Origin: Tubulanus polymorphus
Lineage: Eukaryota > Animalia > Nemertea
Assembly: GCF_964204645.1 (NCBI RefSeq)
Contig: NC_134029.1
Span: 23,058,950 to 23,122,949 of the forward strand
DNA length: 64,000 nt
Reading direction: 5' to 3'
The notes under the pieces were generated by a model. That model did no database searches and was not told where the DNA came from. It saw only the letters and a list, made by a program, of their open reading frames with translations. Of the stretch, positions 1 through 34,312 are shown piece after piece. The position numbers were made by a program, and so were the translations under genes. Each line of letters begins with the position of its first letter. Position 1 is the first letter of the stretch.

Positions 1-2460
1 ATACAACGACTATTCTTTGTTAAAGCACGTTGCTGTCGGTCAGTGCGCGCGTTGTTAAGAATCTTGTTTCGAGAAGTCTCAAAGTTTTGACTCATATTTT
101 TGGTCGAACTGCTGCCGTACGGAGGTGTACGACGTGACCTGGCCGCATGACTTGGTAAAAACCGTTCTGAACGACGAAGAACATAAAGTCAACGGCGGGG
201 AAATTTTCACGAATTCGTCGGTACGCGTCAGCTGGGCTCGCATTGTAAAAATCGTCCAAATTATCAAGGCGTGGCTCGTACCACATATTCGAAAAGATTT
301 TCTAGTACATTAAAAATTATTTCGGGGGAGAGCGATTGTAATTTGCAATATGTTGTACGGCATAATATTCATAATGATTAAAACGTACGTTGTCATTTAG
401 CCAGGTCATGTCAATGTAAATTATTAAATTAAGCACATATTATACGAAGCATTTAATGATTATACACACTTAGAAATAAGCAGGGAAAAATACATCGTTT
501 GTGACGGATGTAACATTTTTCAGCCTTTTCAATATGTACATTACTCGTTGTGTGATGTTGTACTATATAGAATGTGCTTGGTCTCAGATGATTATTCTAT
601 TACTCAAGACAAAAACAATAACTAAACAACTATATTTTGATTGCAATTTATTTTTTAAAAAGGCTGGAAAGTTTATCACGCGAAGAACTCAATTGGAACC
701 TGTTAGTTGTTTTAATGGCATTAGTTATTTGAATTCATGTTTTAGCTGTGCGCTTTTATTTGGTCGGATGTCTTTTTTTAGCATGCCTGATATTTTAATT
801 TGCAGTCATTATTATTGTAGTTTTTACCCTGTAGTCTTTCTGTCAGTAATAAAATGATTGATATCTATTATATTTAGAAGTTCTCATCTCTTTAATCTTT
901 ATGCATTAAGTTTGCGGTGATGTCAGTTTTCTTTACTTCAGTATAGGTTTAGCTTGGCCTGATCTTCTTTATGCCTGGCTGTATAAACTAAAGTCCGTGC
1001 CTTTTCACCTCTTGCGAATAGCTCTATATTATCATGGACAAAGTAGTCCAGTTAATACATCCATGACATTATGAGGTCTTGCATAATTTCCCTTCCAGTT
1101 ATTGCTGGATAGATTTCAATGAACCCTGATGGTTTGCCTGGATAATCATTAGTTCACGACTAATTACGTTACAATTGATCTTAACAATTACCTAATAAAA
1201 CCTTTTAGTTGTGCTTAAATCATTGTAGGGTATGATGTCAGAATACCCACTGCTTTATAGGAAATCAATTTGAGACATCAAGTATCAATCCTCTTTTAGT
1301 GAATGTTTGTGTTGATTAATGTTGCTAAGGCGAATGCTTGCATCATGCAATCCAGGGCACCTCTTGATCCAATCATTTGGACTCTCCACGGGCATCTAGT
1401 TTGTAGCAAAGTGCTACTTTCAGAAAAAAGACCCTGATTTGTGCTTACTTTTCATAAAAATGTCGAAAAGTGCCGAATAGGTCTGAAATATTTTTGTCAT
1501 AGCATTCGTAATTGTGATGCTAAACGAATGACGGTGATTTGTGAAAAGGTTATTGTTATGGTTTGATAAATCATGAAGAGCAGTTACAAATTCATTCAAT
1601 CGTCGGGGCTATTCACAAAAAGGTGTTCTTTGCCGCACGAAAAGTGCTTACTTTTGCTCAAGCCTTTCTGCTACAAACCATGAAGAAATCGTTCCTGGTG
1701 TAACAACACATTTAACTTTTCTGGTGGCAATAACAGTTGTACATGAAACAATTAGTTAATGTCATTATACATATAACCAACAATGATTTCACCTTTGATA
1801 TTCACAAATTTCATATTATCATGTTTTTAAACTAATTGTAATGACAGACCACGAGATAGACATGATCCATTGTTTGATAACAATGTAGCTTTCAATAATC
1901 ATACATGCACTGTCTCTCATTTAACGGTTATCATTTTCTAAATATGGGCACTATAGCTATCTTAATGGTAGTGTCGGCTGTCAAAGAATCATTCATTTTG
2001 TGTCCTGATGCTACAACTGACACTAGTTACGTTGTGATAATAGCCATTGAACTAATGACAGTCGCTGAAATTGCTGTGTTTAGGGTGGAGTAGTCAGGTG
2101 TATACAATATCTAAACCTAATTGCTAATAGTTGTTAGCCGAAACGTCGCTCCTCAAATATAATCATTCTGATATAGAAACTTTCAATCTTGGCTTTCGTT
2201 ATTGTGGGATTTCATCATACACGGATATTATGTATCTTCTCGTCTCATCTAAACCTGTTTTTTTCAAAAAACATTAGCAAACGCAAATATAGATTCAATC
2301 ATAATAATAGAATTTTTATTGGCATTGAAATGAAAATATTACTATATGCGTCTTCGAGCACATTTTGTTCGAACAGATATCTCATCATTTCAGGAAGCAG
2401 TAAACATTAGCATGTTACATGTAAATGCAAACAGACTTGTATTCAAGTAATCTAGTTTCA

Positions 2461-5400
2461 TCAAGTTTTTTCGATTTTTCTCTTTTCAGTCTTCTTTTTA
2501 CCACGTCTGAAAATAAATAACCATTCACACGATAAACATTGGAAAAATAATCTCTATGAATCTTCACCACAGCCTTCGATTCACTTACGCGGGTTTCGTT
2601 TTAGATTTCGTAATTTCTGGTTGCAATAATATCGTCACCTCTTCTTCACTACTGTCACCGCCTAATTCATCTGTAATATTAATCAAACGAAGCCTTATTA
2701 AAATGTATCATGTTGTTACCAACTTATCAAATTAACGGAAGCAACTTAGTTACCTGTCTGCCTTTCATTTGAACCAATTATTTCCACAACATCAGAATCT
2801 TCTGTATTATCATCATCAATGTTTATTATTTCCCATGTATTGTGGCCTCCGTCGCCTATCTGGCCACTTCCCTTACCCTGAAATATATAAAACGTAATTT
2901 TTCATTTCTAAAAAAACCGAAAATCTAATCATAGCAAGATATTCAGCTCTACTTACTATTATTTCGACGGATGATGTGTCATTACTATGATTATATCAAG
3001 GAAGAACAACTAATTCAGATTTGGGTAATTTTACATAGGGGAATCGTGGAGTTGTACATTATTTAACACCTAATGTCTATTTATTAATTGATGAGACCTG
3101 TTTTTCTGGGATATTTTGCTTACTTTTTGGGGTACATACCTCATTTATGTCTTAACAGAATGCCAAAAATCGCGGACAACAACTGAATATCTGATATATT
3201 TCCAGTTCTGTACCAATTAGATGGATTGGCAAAAAGACTCCTTAAGTCCAGTTGAATGAGAGAGAAAATCTTCCATTTTGTCAAATTTCTTGGATTTGAA
3301 CATTGTTACCATGCCTACGCCACCCTGATTTAGTTGTTGAGACCCCACAAGAAAAATAACTTCATTTCGTAGGCATGGTGACAATGTAAAAATTCAAGAA
3401 ATTTGACAAAATGGAGGATTTTCTCTCTCATTCAACTGGACTTAAGGAGTCTTTTTGCCAATCCATCTAATTGGTACAGAACTGGAAATATATCGGATAT
3501 TCAGTTGTTGTCCGCGATTTTTGGCATTCTGTTAAGACATAAATGAGGTATGTACCCCAAAAAGTAAGCAAAATATCCAAGAAAAACAGGTCTCATCAAT
3601 TAATAAATAGACATTAGGTGATTTTACCTCTAACCTCCATTTTGGTAACTGTCTAATATTAATATACTACACAAACCTTAGTCAGTAACCTGTCTGTGGT
3701 TTAGTTTCACGATCGGATAATTTTCACAAACCACAGCTCATCCGATTTATAGAAAGCTTACCACCAATGATTAGGTAACTAACTACAGAAACCTCTGCAT
3801 GGGCAATATCTAAACGCTACTGATATAGGTAAAATACAAAACTCCATCCGAGACACCTGATAATTTTCATTCTTTGAAAATTCTGTGATTCAATGGTCCA
3901 AGAATGATAGAACGCAATAACTTACCAGGGTCTCAAATGCAAGGGAAAGAAGGATTTTCAGAAATACTCGGAAGATCTAATTCTTAATTTTTTGAAAATG
4001 TGGCTATTTTTTCAAGGATACGCATCCATTTCAGAAGAATTGTCTTCATCATCATCATCAACATCAATAACTTCAGATAAATCGTCTTTGATGCTGATTT
4101 CTTGCACAGTTTTTTGCAATGCTGTTACTTTTTCTGTGTCAATTGAAGTTACAAAACCATATTTTTCTCCTTTTGATCTGTGTGAAAATTTCATCTTTGT
4201 CAATAAAAAGATTTGTTAACGAAATAAATTTCTCGTCGGATTTCCATAAAAACGATGCTCTTTACGTACTTGGCTTCAGCATCAACTTGTAAAGCTTTTT
4301 GTATTAGATCTGAAGAAGCCTTGACTTTTGATGCAGCTATATTTGAACATCTTATCACCTGGAATAAACCGGACAAGAACATAGCTAGAACAGAAGTTAG
4401 AATATAAGTATTGTGAAAAAGGAGACGAAATGTCAATTTTCGCAGAAATAATAAAGACCTAGTTTCCTCCAAAAACCAGGAATGGAAGTCCAGAAGAAAT
4501 GACAAAGGCATTTTTCGGATAAAGCAGGGCGTTGGATACAGAAGATAAAGGACGGTAAAAATGGAGGAGGTCCCTTGGTGTTTTTCCAGAAATACATCTG
4601 AAAATATGCAATTTCTGAGCGGATGAGCATCAAATGTGTAGGTTGTAACAGTCTCCGTCTTGCAACCTCAATGGGAAGACAGGAGTCCAAACTCTCTGAG
4701 ACAACCGCATAATTCCACCACTGAAGAGTATAATGCATTTCATAAGATTAGAGTTAATTTTGTTTAATTACTTGGTCTTTCAAGAGCAACATTTCGCCGG
4801 TCATTTGTAATACACAGATTTCACGATGTTTATTCATACCAATCACCATTCGACCCTCCATCACTTTCTCTTCGCTATTTGTCGGATCTAGCAGCATGTA
4901 TTTCCTGAAATCAGCCGTAGCAAATAGATATCGGACACTCGAATCGAGCGCAAGAATTTTGACAACATGAAATCAAGCCGTTTAGTCATACCCTTTTTCG
5001 AAAAAAGCAAATGTTGTACAGATGGGCATATGGTGAACGCTAAGTGGGACTGGATCTCGATCTTCTAAACTATGCTGAAATACAAAGTAACTCATATCAT
5101 CATCATCATCAGCATAAAACCGGTACCTATTTCCAGTTCGAAATTATCAATCAAATGAATCGATTAACTTTTTAGGGTCGGAAGGCGGTCATATCTTATC
5201 ACGTCAACCGGTATGCAAAATAATTACTCGATGCTAATGTTTAAGATGTAAGATTATGGAGTTTGTTTTAATGAATTAAGTCTACAATAACTTACAATTG
5301 TTATTTCATCTCCACAGACAGATACATCTGGCCGTCTGAAATACGAACACAGAAGTTATTTCGATTAGAAGCGCTGAATGTAGGAAAAAATGGCCGAGGA

Positions 5401-8400
5401 AACAACCATGGCCTTGGTAATTTATTCCTTGGGCATTCCTTCCGTAAACCAGAAGTGATAATGAGTAAGACAAGAAGCTCACTAGCAATTGAAGAAGCTG
5501 ATAGAATGTCACCACAGTAACATCTCGACGCACGTACACGTATATCATATATCGGTCAACTCGTGAGAGAATGATTCACCAATGCGCGGACAGACAAGTA
5601 ACACGTAACATGAATAATACTCAGTTTGATGGAGTTTACTCAACACGAACTACAAGTATATGGGAGTTGATAACAGGTTTGATGATTGCAGTTACAAATG
5701 GAACTATTTTCTGTGCCATCACTTTTACGTCGTTGAGAAGCAAAAACTCGATGTGCATTTTGATAAATAACTCAGCTGTTAGCAGCGCAATTGTTGGTTT
5801 ATTGGTTATACTTCAGTATTACTTAAATCTGAATTATGAAATCCATCTCTACGTTTGCGTTGTATTATCGGCTTCGATTACGGCTTCTACTCAAGTTTAC
5901 GGACTCACACTTGTTTTAATCACGCTTAATGGATACATGATGGTTTCCAGCGAACGCTACTTGTCCGTCGTTACGAAGACTGTCCTGCGCAGGATTATTG
6001 CCGGGATCTGGTTTCTATGCTACGCGTGTTTTATAACGGTCGGTACAATTGTTGCCCGACGCAGAAATCCCATCATCGCCGGACGTATGACGTGTCGTCG
6101 ATCGACGCTGGAGTTGGAGATCGCGTTCAGCTTCGCGATTCTTTTTTCGATGACCGCGTTTCAAGTGAAGATAATACAATTTCTGAAGGGACAACGACGA
6201 CGCAAGCGAGATGACGAAATGACGGCCACCGCAGAAAGTTGCGGAGAACAAAATCAAATCGAACTTAAGGGGAAAATGATCACGCGATTGTCTTCGATTA
6301 ATAAAACGATGAAAATTCTGACAGTTTTGACAATCTGTTTGTGTACTCCGGCAACTATTCTAAAACTGATCTATAACGTGTGTCCGCATAATTGTTATAT
6401 ACAATGGAACTACGTGCGAGGTTCCTCATTATTCACGCTTTTAAATCTAATACTGCACGTGTTCGTGCACACAGTCACGAATAAAGACTTCAGAAACATG
6501 TACAAAAAGATTTGCTGTTGCTGTAAAAACTTTGTAGCTCCCGAGCCGCCGCTACCCGTAGGACGCACTGAACTACACGAGATGACCCGTATTACGACCA
6601 TTTTCCAGAACAAAACTAATGAACAAACGAGTATTACGAGTATCACATCAACTAATAGAGATACATTTAACATCTGAGCATTTGCTGTAAAAATCTTGTT
6701 TCTTGGTGACTTAAAAAAAAACCTACTACTTATTGTAAAAGATTATGTGTGTACATATCATATTCATGACTGGTAAACCGATATTAATCTCAATATTACA
6801 GAGTTAAACCCTAAGATAATGATTTAACAATTCATTCTGACTAAACTACATCATCAGAGAAATAAAATTGTAAAATTATCAACTGTGGGTTTTGCTCATT
6901 AACTCAGTAGGCCTATCATTTTTATGTATATTAATATTCAAAGAAATTATACAAAATGAATATACAGATTTATGGTTGAAAACGTGTCAAATATTCTATT
7001 CATTTGATATGAGTTATAACAATAACTCCCTGTCCGGATTGCATGGAATTCTGTGCAGCAATGTTTAACAATCCAACGGTTTGATAAATAGACAGTTTAG
7101 TTGAAGAAATAACTCCAATTCGTGTCAACCGTTGATAGAAAAAAATTGTCTAACGTATAGAATTTTATGCGATGAAATTTCACAAAAAGATTTATGAAAA
7201 CGAAACAACCCGCAACTGTTAACTAACAGCTATCATCAGGTAGAATGACACCTATTTGTCAATAGCCGGAAACGTTGATGGTATTGTTGTTTTTACAAAT
7301 CTGTTAGTGACATTTCATCACAATTCTATTTCAGGTGATAATGGTGATAATTACCTGAAATGTGAGAGAGCCGTAATACCGGCCAAACTGGCCGCGTCGA
7401 TCAGATTACCGTCGTGGTTTAGAATATGAATATCCAGACGTATTGCCCACGCTTTCTCTTTGCTAACGATACACAGAGATTCCAAATCGACGCATCGCGA
7501 TTCCTTCAAACATCGTTCGATCAAACGATTCATCTCGACGCCTTGATCAGACAGTCTGAAATATATGAATTTAATGTATAGTTTCACTTCGCTAGAATAT
7601 CAGCATGGCCACTTTCCACTGATTTACAAATTCACTGATTTTTCCATGCGATAAGATGAAATTCCTTGAGTAAATCGGTCACAGGTGAATCAAGAGAAAT
7701 TTCTTGGGTTTAAAATCTTACAATTCATTCATTTTCTATGAATCATGTACCCGGTATTGATTAAGAAACACATGATTATTAGCATTATCCAAATCACAGG
7801 TTTTTTGGCAAAATTTGTTAAATTCCCTAGTCTTCCCTGGATTTTTTAGAATTTTCTAGTTTATCTGCTGCCTGTTGATGTCAATATTCTATCAGTACTG
7901 ATTATCGCTTTGTTTAGGAGTGAACAAATGTGCAAAATAGAAGATTGTACCGAAATCCAACATATTTTCAGTATTTTTGGAAAAATTGAAAGCTAGTTCA
8001 GGAGAAAAGGAAATTTCATACACTAATGAATGTATGCAGCCCCTCTAAAATCTCAGTGTATCGAGATCACAAGATCTAACAATTTCAACAAAGATTTCTA
8101 AGCTTATTCCGGGTATGTCTTTTTAAAAATTACCTGCCCGCTTCAAATCCTGGTGAAGCCATTGGTGACAATTCGACATTGACGTAAAGTAAACCCTCAT
8201 TCGGTCGCATTGGTTTTGGTTCAGCAATTTCACAAGACACTTGAGCTAACACTCTGAAATTTCAAGAAACTTCTGAATCCCTCAAAAACTATTTGAAATA
8301 ATCTTTCAGCCCATACACATATATGCATATCTTATTCTCAGACAGTTACCTAGTATTTCCAATTTCAACATGACAGCATCCATATTCGATACCAAATGAT

Positions 8401-8840
8401 ATCTTAATCCGTCGATAACTGTAAGCATCTCTTCCATCTAATCTCTTAAATGATAAACACAATAGAAATGTTGATATAAAATGAATGTATGAATTCAAAT
8501 ATATGAACATTGAGAATAAATAAACAATTTTGATAACTATATATTAATTGAAAATTTACATTGGGGATATAGAATAGGCCTAATAGTAATCTGCTGAAAA
8601 TGGACCATCCATCTGAATTATTCAAAAAATTCTTTGGCTACTACTGCCTTTTTAATATGTCAATATATATTGCTCTGGTGTGCCCAAGTTCCCAGACAAC
8701 CCGTAATCTTAGTTTTCGCCATGTTTCTGGTGGTAATTAGCACGATTAAATTGTAACTCTTAAAGATTAGTGACCTTTTTCTCAGCTACTGCGCGTAGAA
8801 TGAAATCTCGCTCACAATTCGACAATGGAACCTCTTTCAT
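2461..8840 (-). CDS. EXOSC9: Exosome complex component RRP45, 12 coding exons
   Basis: Phase-consistent exons: 8840-8775 (MKEVPLSNCERDFIL), 8444-8350 (RLDGRDAYSYR), 8253-8134, 7555-7355 (CVDLESLCI..HDGNLIDAA), 5335-5296 (RPDVSVCGDEITI), 5074-4992 (RDPVPLSVHHMPIC), 4905-4772, 4358-4270, 4177-4022, 2984-2957, 2877-2754 (GQIGDG), 2670-2589 (DSSEEEVTIL), 2506-2461 (basic tail, TGA). That is 13 segments as listed; a few boundaries may be off by 1 nt. Confidence 0.95.
2985..4021 (-). other. U12-type (minor spliceosome) GT-AG intron of EXOSC9
   Basis: Donor GTATCCTT at 4021; branch site TTCCTTGAT (3003-2995) about 10 nt before the AG at 2986-2985; joins phase-2 exons in frame (MDA|NDTSSVEII|GKG). 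Confidence 0.85.
3067..3620. mobile_element. Fold-back MITE: 253-bp inverted arms, 48-nt spacer, CACC...GGTG ends
   Basis: 3067-3319 is the reverse complement of 3368-3620 with about 7 mismatches. Confidence 0.9.
5571..6677 (+). CDS. Intronless divergent rhodopsin-like (class A) 7TM GPCR nested antisense in the EXOSC9 intron 5336-7354
   Basis: 368-aa ORF with seven hydrophobic segments, TM1 Asn, Cys at the top of TM3, TM4 Trp, TM6 Pro, helix 8 NKDFR followed by CCC. Confidence 0.85.
   Translation: MIHQCADRQVTRNMNNTQFDGVYSTRTTSIWELITGLMIAVTNGTIFCAITFTSLRSKNSMCILINNSAVSSAIVGLLVILQYYLNLNYEIHLYVCVVLSASITASTQVYGLTLVLITLNGYMMVSSERYLSVVTKTVLRRIIAGIWFLCYACFITVGTIVARRRNPIIAGRMTCRRSTLELEIAFSFAILFSMTAFQVKIIQFLKGQRRRKRDDEMTATAESCGEQNQIELKGKMITRLSSINKTMKILTVLTICLCTPATILKLIYNVCPHNCYIQWNYVRGSSLFTLLNLILHVFVHTVTNKDFRNMYKKICCCCKNFVAPEPPLPVGRTELHEMTRITTIFQNKTNEQTSITSITSTNRDTFNI
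7601..7874. mobile_element. Dispersed MITE family with core AAAACTCAGGGAATTT; related copies 14427-14692, 22338-22627, partial ~58410-58650
   Basis: Shared internal sequence and short TIRs (..GGCCACT/AGTRGCC..) between copies. Confidence 0.65.
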
Positions 8841-9116
8841 TTTATCGTCGGGTACACTGTATATTGTTTTAAACCGTGAAAAGAATCTAGTTAGACAGAA
8901 ACATTAATACATTAGGCACACTGTAATGCGCTCATGGAGGCTGACATCTTGGAATTCCCCCTGACAATTGAATGATTTAGGTCATTGGGAAACCCGGAAC
9001 TAATAACGCCATTCACTGACTGAAACCATAGTGCTAGGTAGTAACTGTAAAATATGGATGTTAAGCGCTAGAAATGCTGACGGATTTACAGGTTTAGTGA
9101 TCGAAGAGGTGTCGGG
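8841..9116. promoter_or_regulatory. Bidirectional promoter region EXOSC9/ATP8A
   Basis: Divergent start codons only about 276 bp apart; ETS-like CCGGAA near 8994. Confidence 0.6.
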
Positions 9117-30792
<21,676 letters not shown>

Positions 30793-31117
30793 ACTCGGAA
30801 ATAACCGAAGTCACCGTGTCGTTCACCGCAGCATCAGCAGCATCAAACAAACCCGTCGTCGGAACATCATCGCTGCAACAATCATCCAAGTTGTCTCATA
30901 GCAACAGAATATCTCCGGCACGGTTACCGCAGAGTGCCAGTACGACAGCGCTGCTCGCCGATAGAGTATGGTTTTCAGAGACGTGACGTAAAGCGTCTGC
31001 GACATCGACAGAAATTGAGAGGAAAACTGCTGTGATCTTCGCACTGATTGATTGATATTTACAGTATATATGACGCCGAATACTGCCATACATTAAGTTT
31101 GCGCGGCTTCTGATGAA

Positions 31118-31160
31118 CCATGGACGTATAAACTACAGTCTCTAGTTTATATGTCCATGG
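31118..31160. repeat. Small hairpin element; second copy at 48286-48330
   Basis: ccatggacgtataaacta...tagtttatatgtccatgg at two loci. Confidence 0.75.
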
Positions 31161-31242
31161 ATGAACTACGGTAATATCTGATTGAATACCCAACAATACT
31201 GAAATACGAATGTTTGCTGTTTGCGAGCTAGATTCATTATAT

Positions 31243-31502
31243 CAGGGTTCGATCTAAGGAATAAAAGCCACTTGCCCGTGGGGGAAGCATATCTGATATT
31301 TCGCTTGCCCCTCAAAAATCAATTTGCCCTACACAGGCAGTCCGATTTGTGGCACAATCATCATTGCATCGAGTGGGAAAAAAGCTTTGAGAGGTGAATT
31401 GCGCTTTATTAAACCGATGGACAAGTGATAATGATAACCTACTTGCCCTGATGAGAATATACTTGACCCGGGCAATCGGACAAGTGCTTAGATCGGACCC
31501 TG
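31243..31502. mobile_element. TIR element in the ATP8A 3' UTR region
   Basis: cagggttcgatctaag ... cttagatcggaccctg; internal CTTGCCC repeats. Confidence 0.7.
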
Positions 31503-34312
31503 TATGGAAGATGTATTCATATATTGTTTTGATGATCTAAACCAGTGAACCATTCCTATATATTTACTATAACCATTCCTTCGTGTCTTCACTTTTGAAT
31601 TAGTGTTGGCAGTAAATCTTATACTGTCTACTACTGTAACACTGCCCTCTAGTCAAACACTTATTTATCAATAGCCATAGATCAACATGAATAAACTGTC
31701 TAACTTTTTTCCCGAGCTTTGATAATTTTGTTTTCACATAAGAAGAAATTATATTTTTAAACGCCTGTTGTATGCCTTACGCCGCCTGGATTATTATCTA
31801 TTATTGAATGAAGATACAGATTTATTTTTGTAAAAATTGCTGCCTTTTCTGTAATATTTTCTCTCCTCATCTGTCGTATATGATCTGTACGTTATGATAT
31901 GTGTTACTCGTAGTGTATTACTCTTATATAGCGACTTCTACATCGTACCTAGGACATGCATGTTACCTGTTACGTGTTATTAATCATGAGAGAACATGCA
32001 CTTGATGCAACAGAACCATTGACACTTAAAAAGGAAGCACATTTCTAGCCAAGATTTCCCATGTGCGTGCGTTAGGCTAAAAAATTTGATACATTGTTTC
32101 TCATTTCTTATACGCTGAAAAGTGAGACCCGGCCGGTCGTCTATCTACCCTGTACATTACCTTTTTTAAAATCATGATCAAACTAACTATAACAGACCCG
32201 GCAGTTTATAGAAATGAACTGATTACAAATGTTATTGCAGTTTACAAAATTACCGGCCAATAGATGAGAAACAAGGTATTATTTTTTGGCCTTGTAGTTC
32301 TGGAAATTCATCACAATGACCATATTTTCATTAACACCAAATCATTCCGAAATCGATTTATTTCAAGTGTAAAATCACATAAACGGTTTCTCACGCAATT
32401 TACCATTTCTATTACTGGTGTATATATTGTACTTCTGTTTAACTTTATTTATTTAAAGGAATGATTTATGAACGAATAAAACCGAGCATTAATATTATTG
32501 TTATTAGTTAAACTTGCATGCGGGCATGATGCAGCATTTACTGGTGTCTCAGGAAAAAACTGCAAATTACTTTTATGTACTGTGTATTCATTCCTTGTGA
32601 AAAGTTCATTTCAACATGGTCAAAACTTATATACCGGTATGTAATAAAATCTCCCATTAATCATTGATAAATGTGCATGATTTTCGTCAGACCAATTTTG
32701 TTACGTATTTAATTTAAGGAACCACATAGAACCGTAAAACCGACTATTTACACTTTTGAGATGGAAAAACTTGATAACTGGCACAACTGGTCAATATTTG
32801 GTATTCAATCAGTTGTTTGTTGATGTTTCTGATTTTTCAACCGTTGTTTGTAGATGTCATGACTTTTCAGGAGTCAAGTTGTTATTGGTTTTTGTCCCCT
32901 TTTATCTATGGATCTCTACATTGAAATAACATATTAATAACATAACATGATGCGTGTAAATCTATTTTACCAATGTTGATATCGGGAAGCGTGAACCTCC
33001 TGAGGAAACTAACCCTGGTAATAGAGGATTGAGTGTAGTTTTGTCTATATGTATCTATGTAAATATGATATAATGATGAATCTTCAACACATATTTGTAC
33101 GTGAAATTCTTGTGCCTATCAGTATCAAACAGTGAATGCAGATGAATTCACATCGAAATTTATCGATAAACTGAAAAATGCAAACAATAAATGGCCTTAA
33201 ATCATCAAATCATTCATGAAAAATGCGTAGTTAAAACACCGCAAGTAATGATCTATCTTCAATTTTACATTTTGCATAATTGAAGCTGCATTTTGAACAT
33301 TCTTCTGCCGCTGCTAGAAAATCTACGAAATATAAATGATGACTTGTACTGGAAGACGATATTAAGCTCTTCACTTTTAAGAATGCATCTACATACATTG
33401 TGTCGGTACTATTGTTGTTATGTGATCAAACTACTGTTAACTATTATTATATCGTGGTGGACCCTGCGTTTGCCTCTGTTTATGTAAATGTAATGTATAT
33501 ACAAGAATTACAACAATATTATTTTATTACGCGTATGTTCTGTAGACGTTTGGTGATTTATTTCAATGATTTTGAGTGTGCAATATAGTAAATTGTGTAG
33601 TAGGTCGTGCAGAGTTCTTTTCAACATGGCCGTTCAACAACTAATTCATCATCAAATTATTAGTTTGTTTTCTTGATCAATTTGTCTAGATATTTATCGT
33701 TTTTGCAAAACTCTTACTATTTAGTTCAACATTTAGTTATACTTGTAGATGATGATCTTTTTTTTGAAGGATGAAAACAACGTAGATGAATAAATTCAAG
33801 TCAAGTATTTCAAGATGTTGATTTTTCTGAAGCATTCTCCTTTGAAGTCTATATCCACTACCTACGAGGACTGAATTCAAAACTCTAAATCTGTTGACCA
33901 GACTAGAAATATTCATATTGTGTCCATTGACATGAGGATGCGACCAGAGCTATCAATTCATCAAATATTCAACAATCCATCCAGTAGTTATACCATACGA
34001 CTATGGACCTCAAACTAATTATTTCTACAGCATTCGATCCAGGTCTTCACGTTATCCGGAGGTTAGAATCGTTTTACGAAGAATAAAAGAGATAATAGCT
34101 CGAAATGTATTGATAATAATATTTATTTCATAAGTATGAACAATAACATTGTTGGACGGATCATACAGACTGTGTACAGCTGAGTTAACAGCTCAAATGT
34201 ACATTTGATTCACATGTTTTTATCCACTTATTTGAAATGAGTGTTTCTCATGTCACCAACTATCAAGATCCACTAGATTCTTCTGAAATCCTCGTACACA
34301 AATGATTCTTTA

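Noticed and set aside
2110-2150. Penelope-type hammerhead-like ends (stem followed by CGAAACGT); similar at ~7245-7277
   Set aside because: The CTGANGA catalytic core is missing in both; at most decayed remnants
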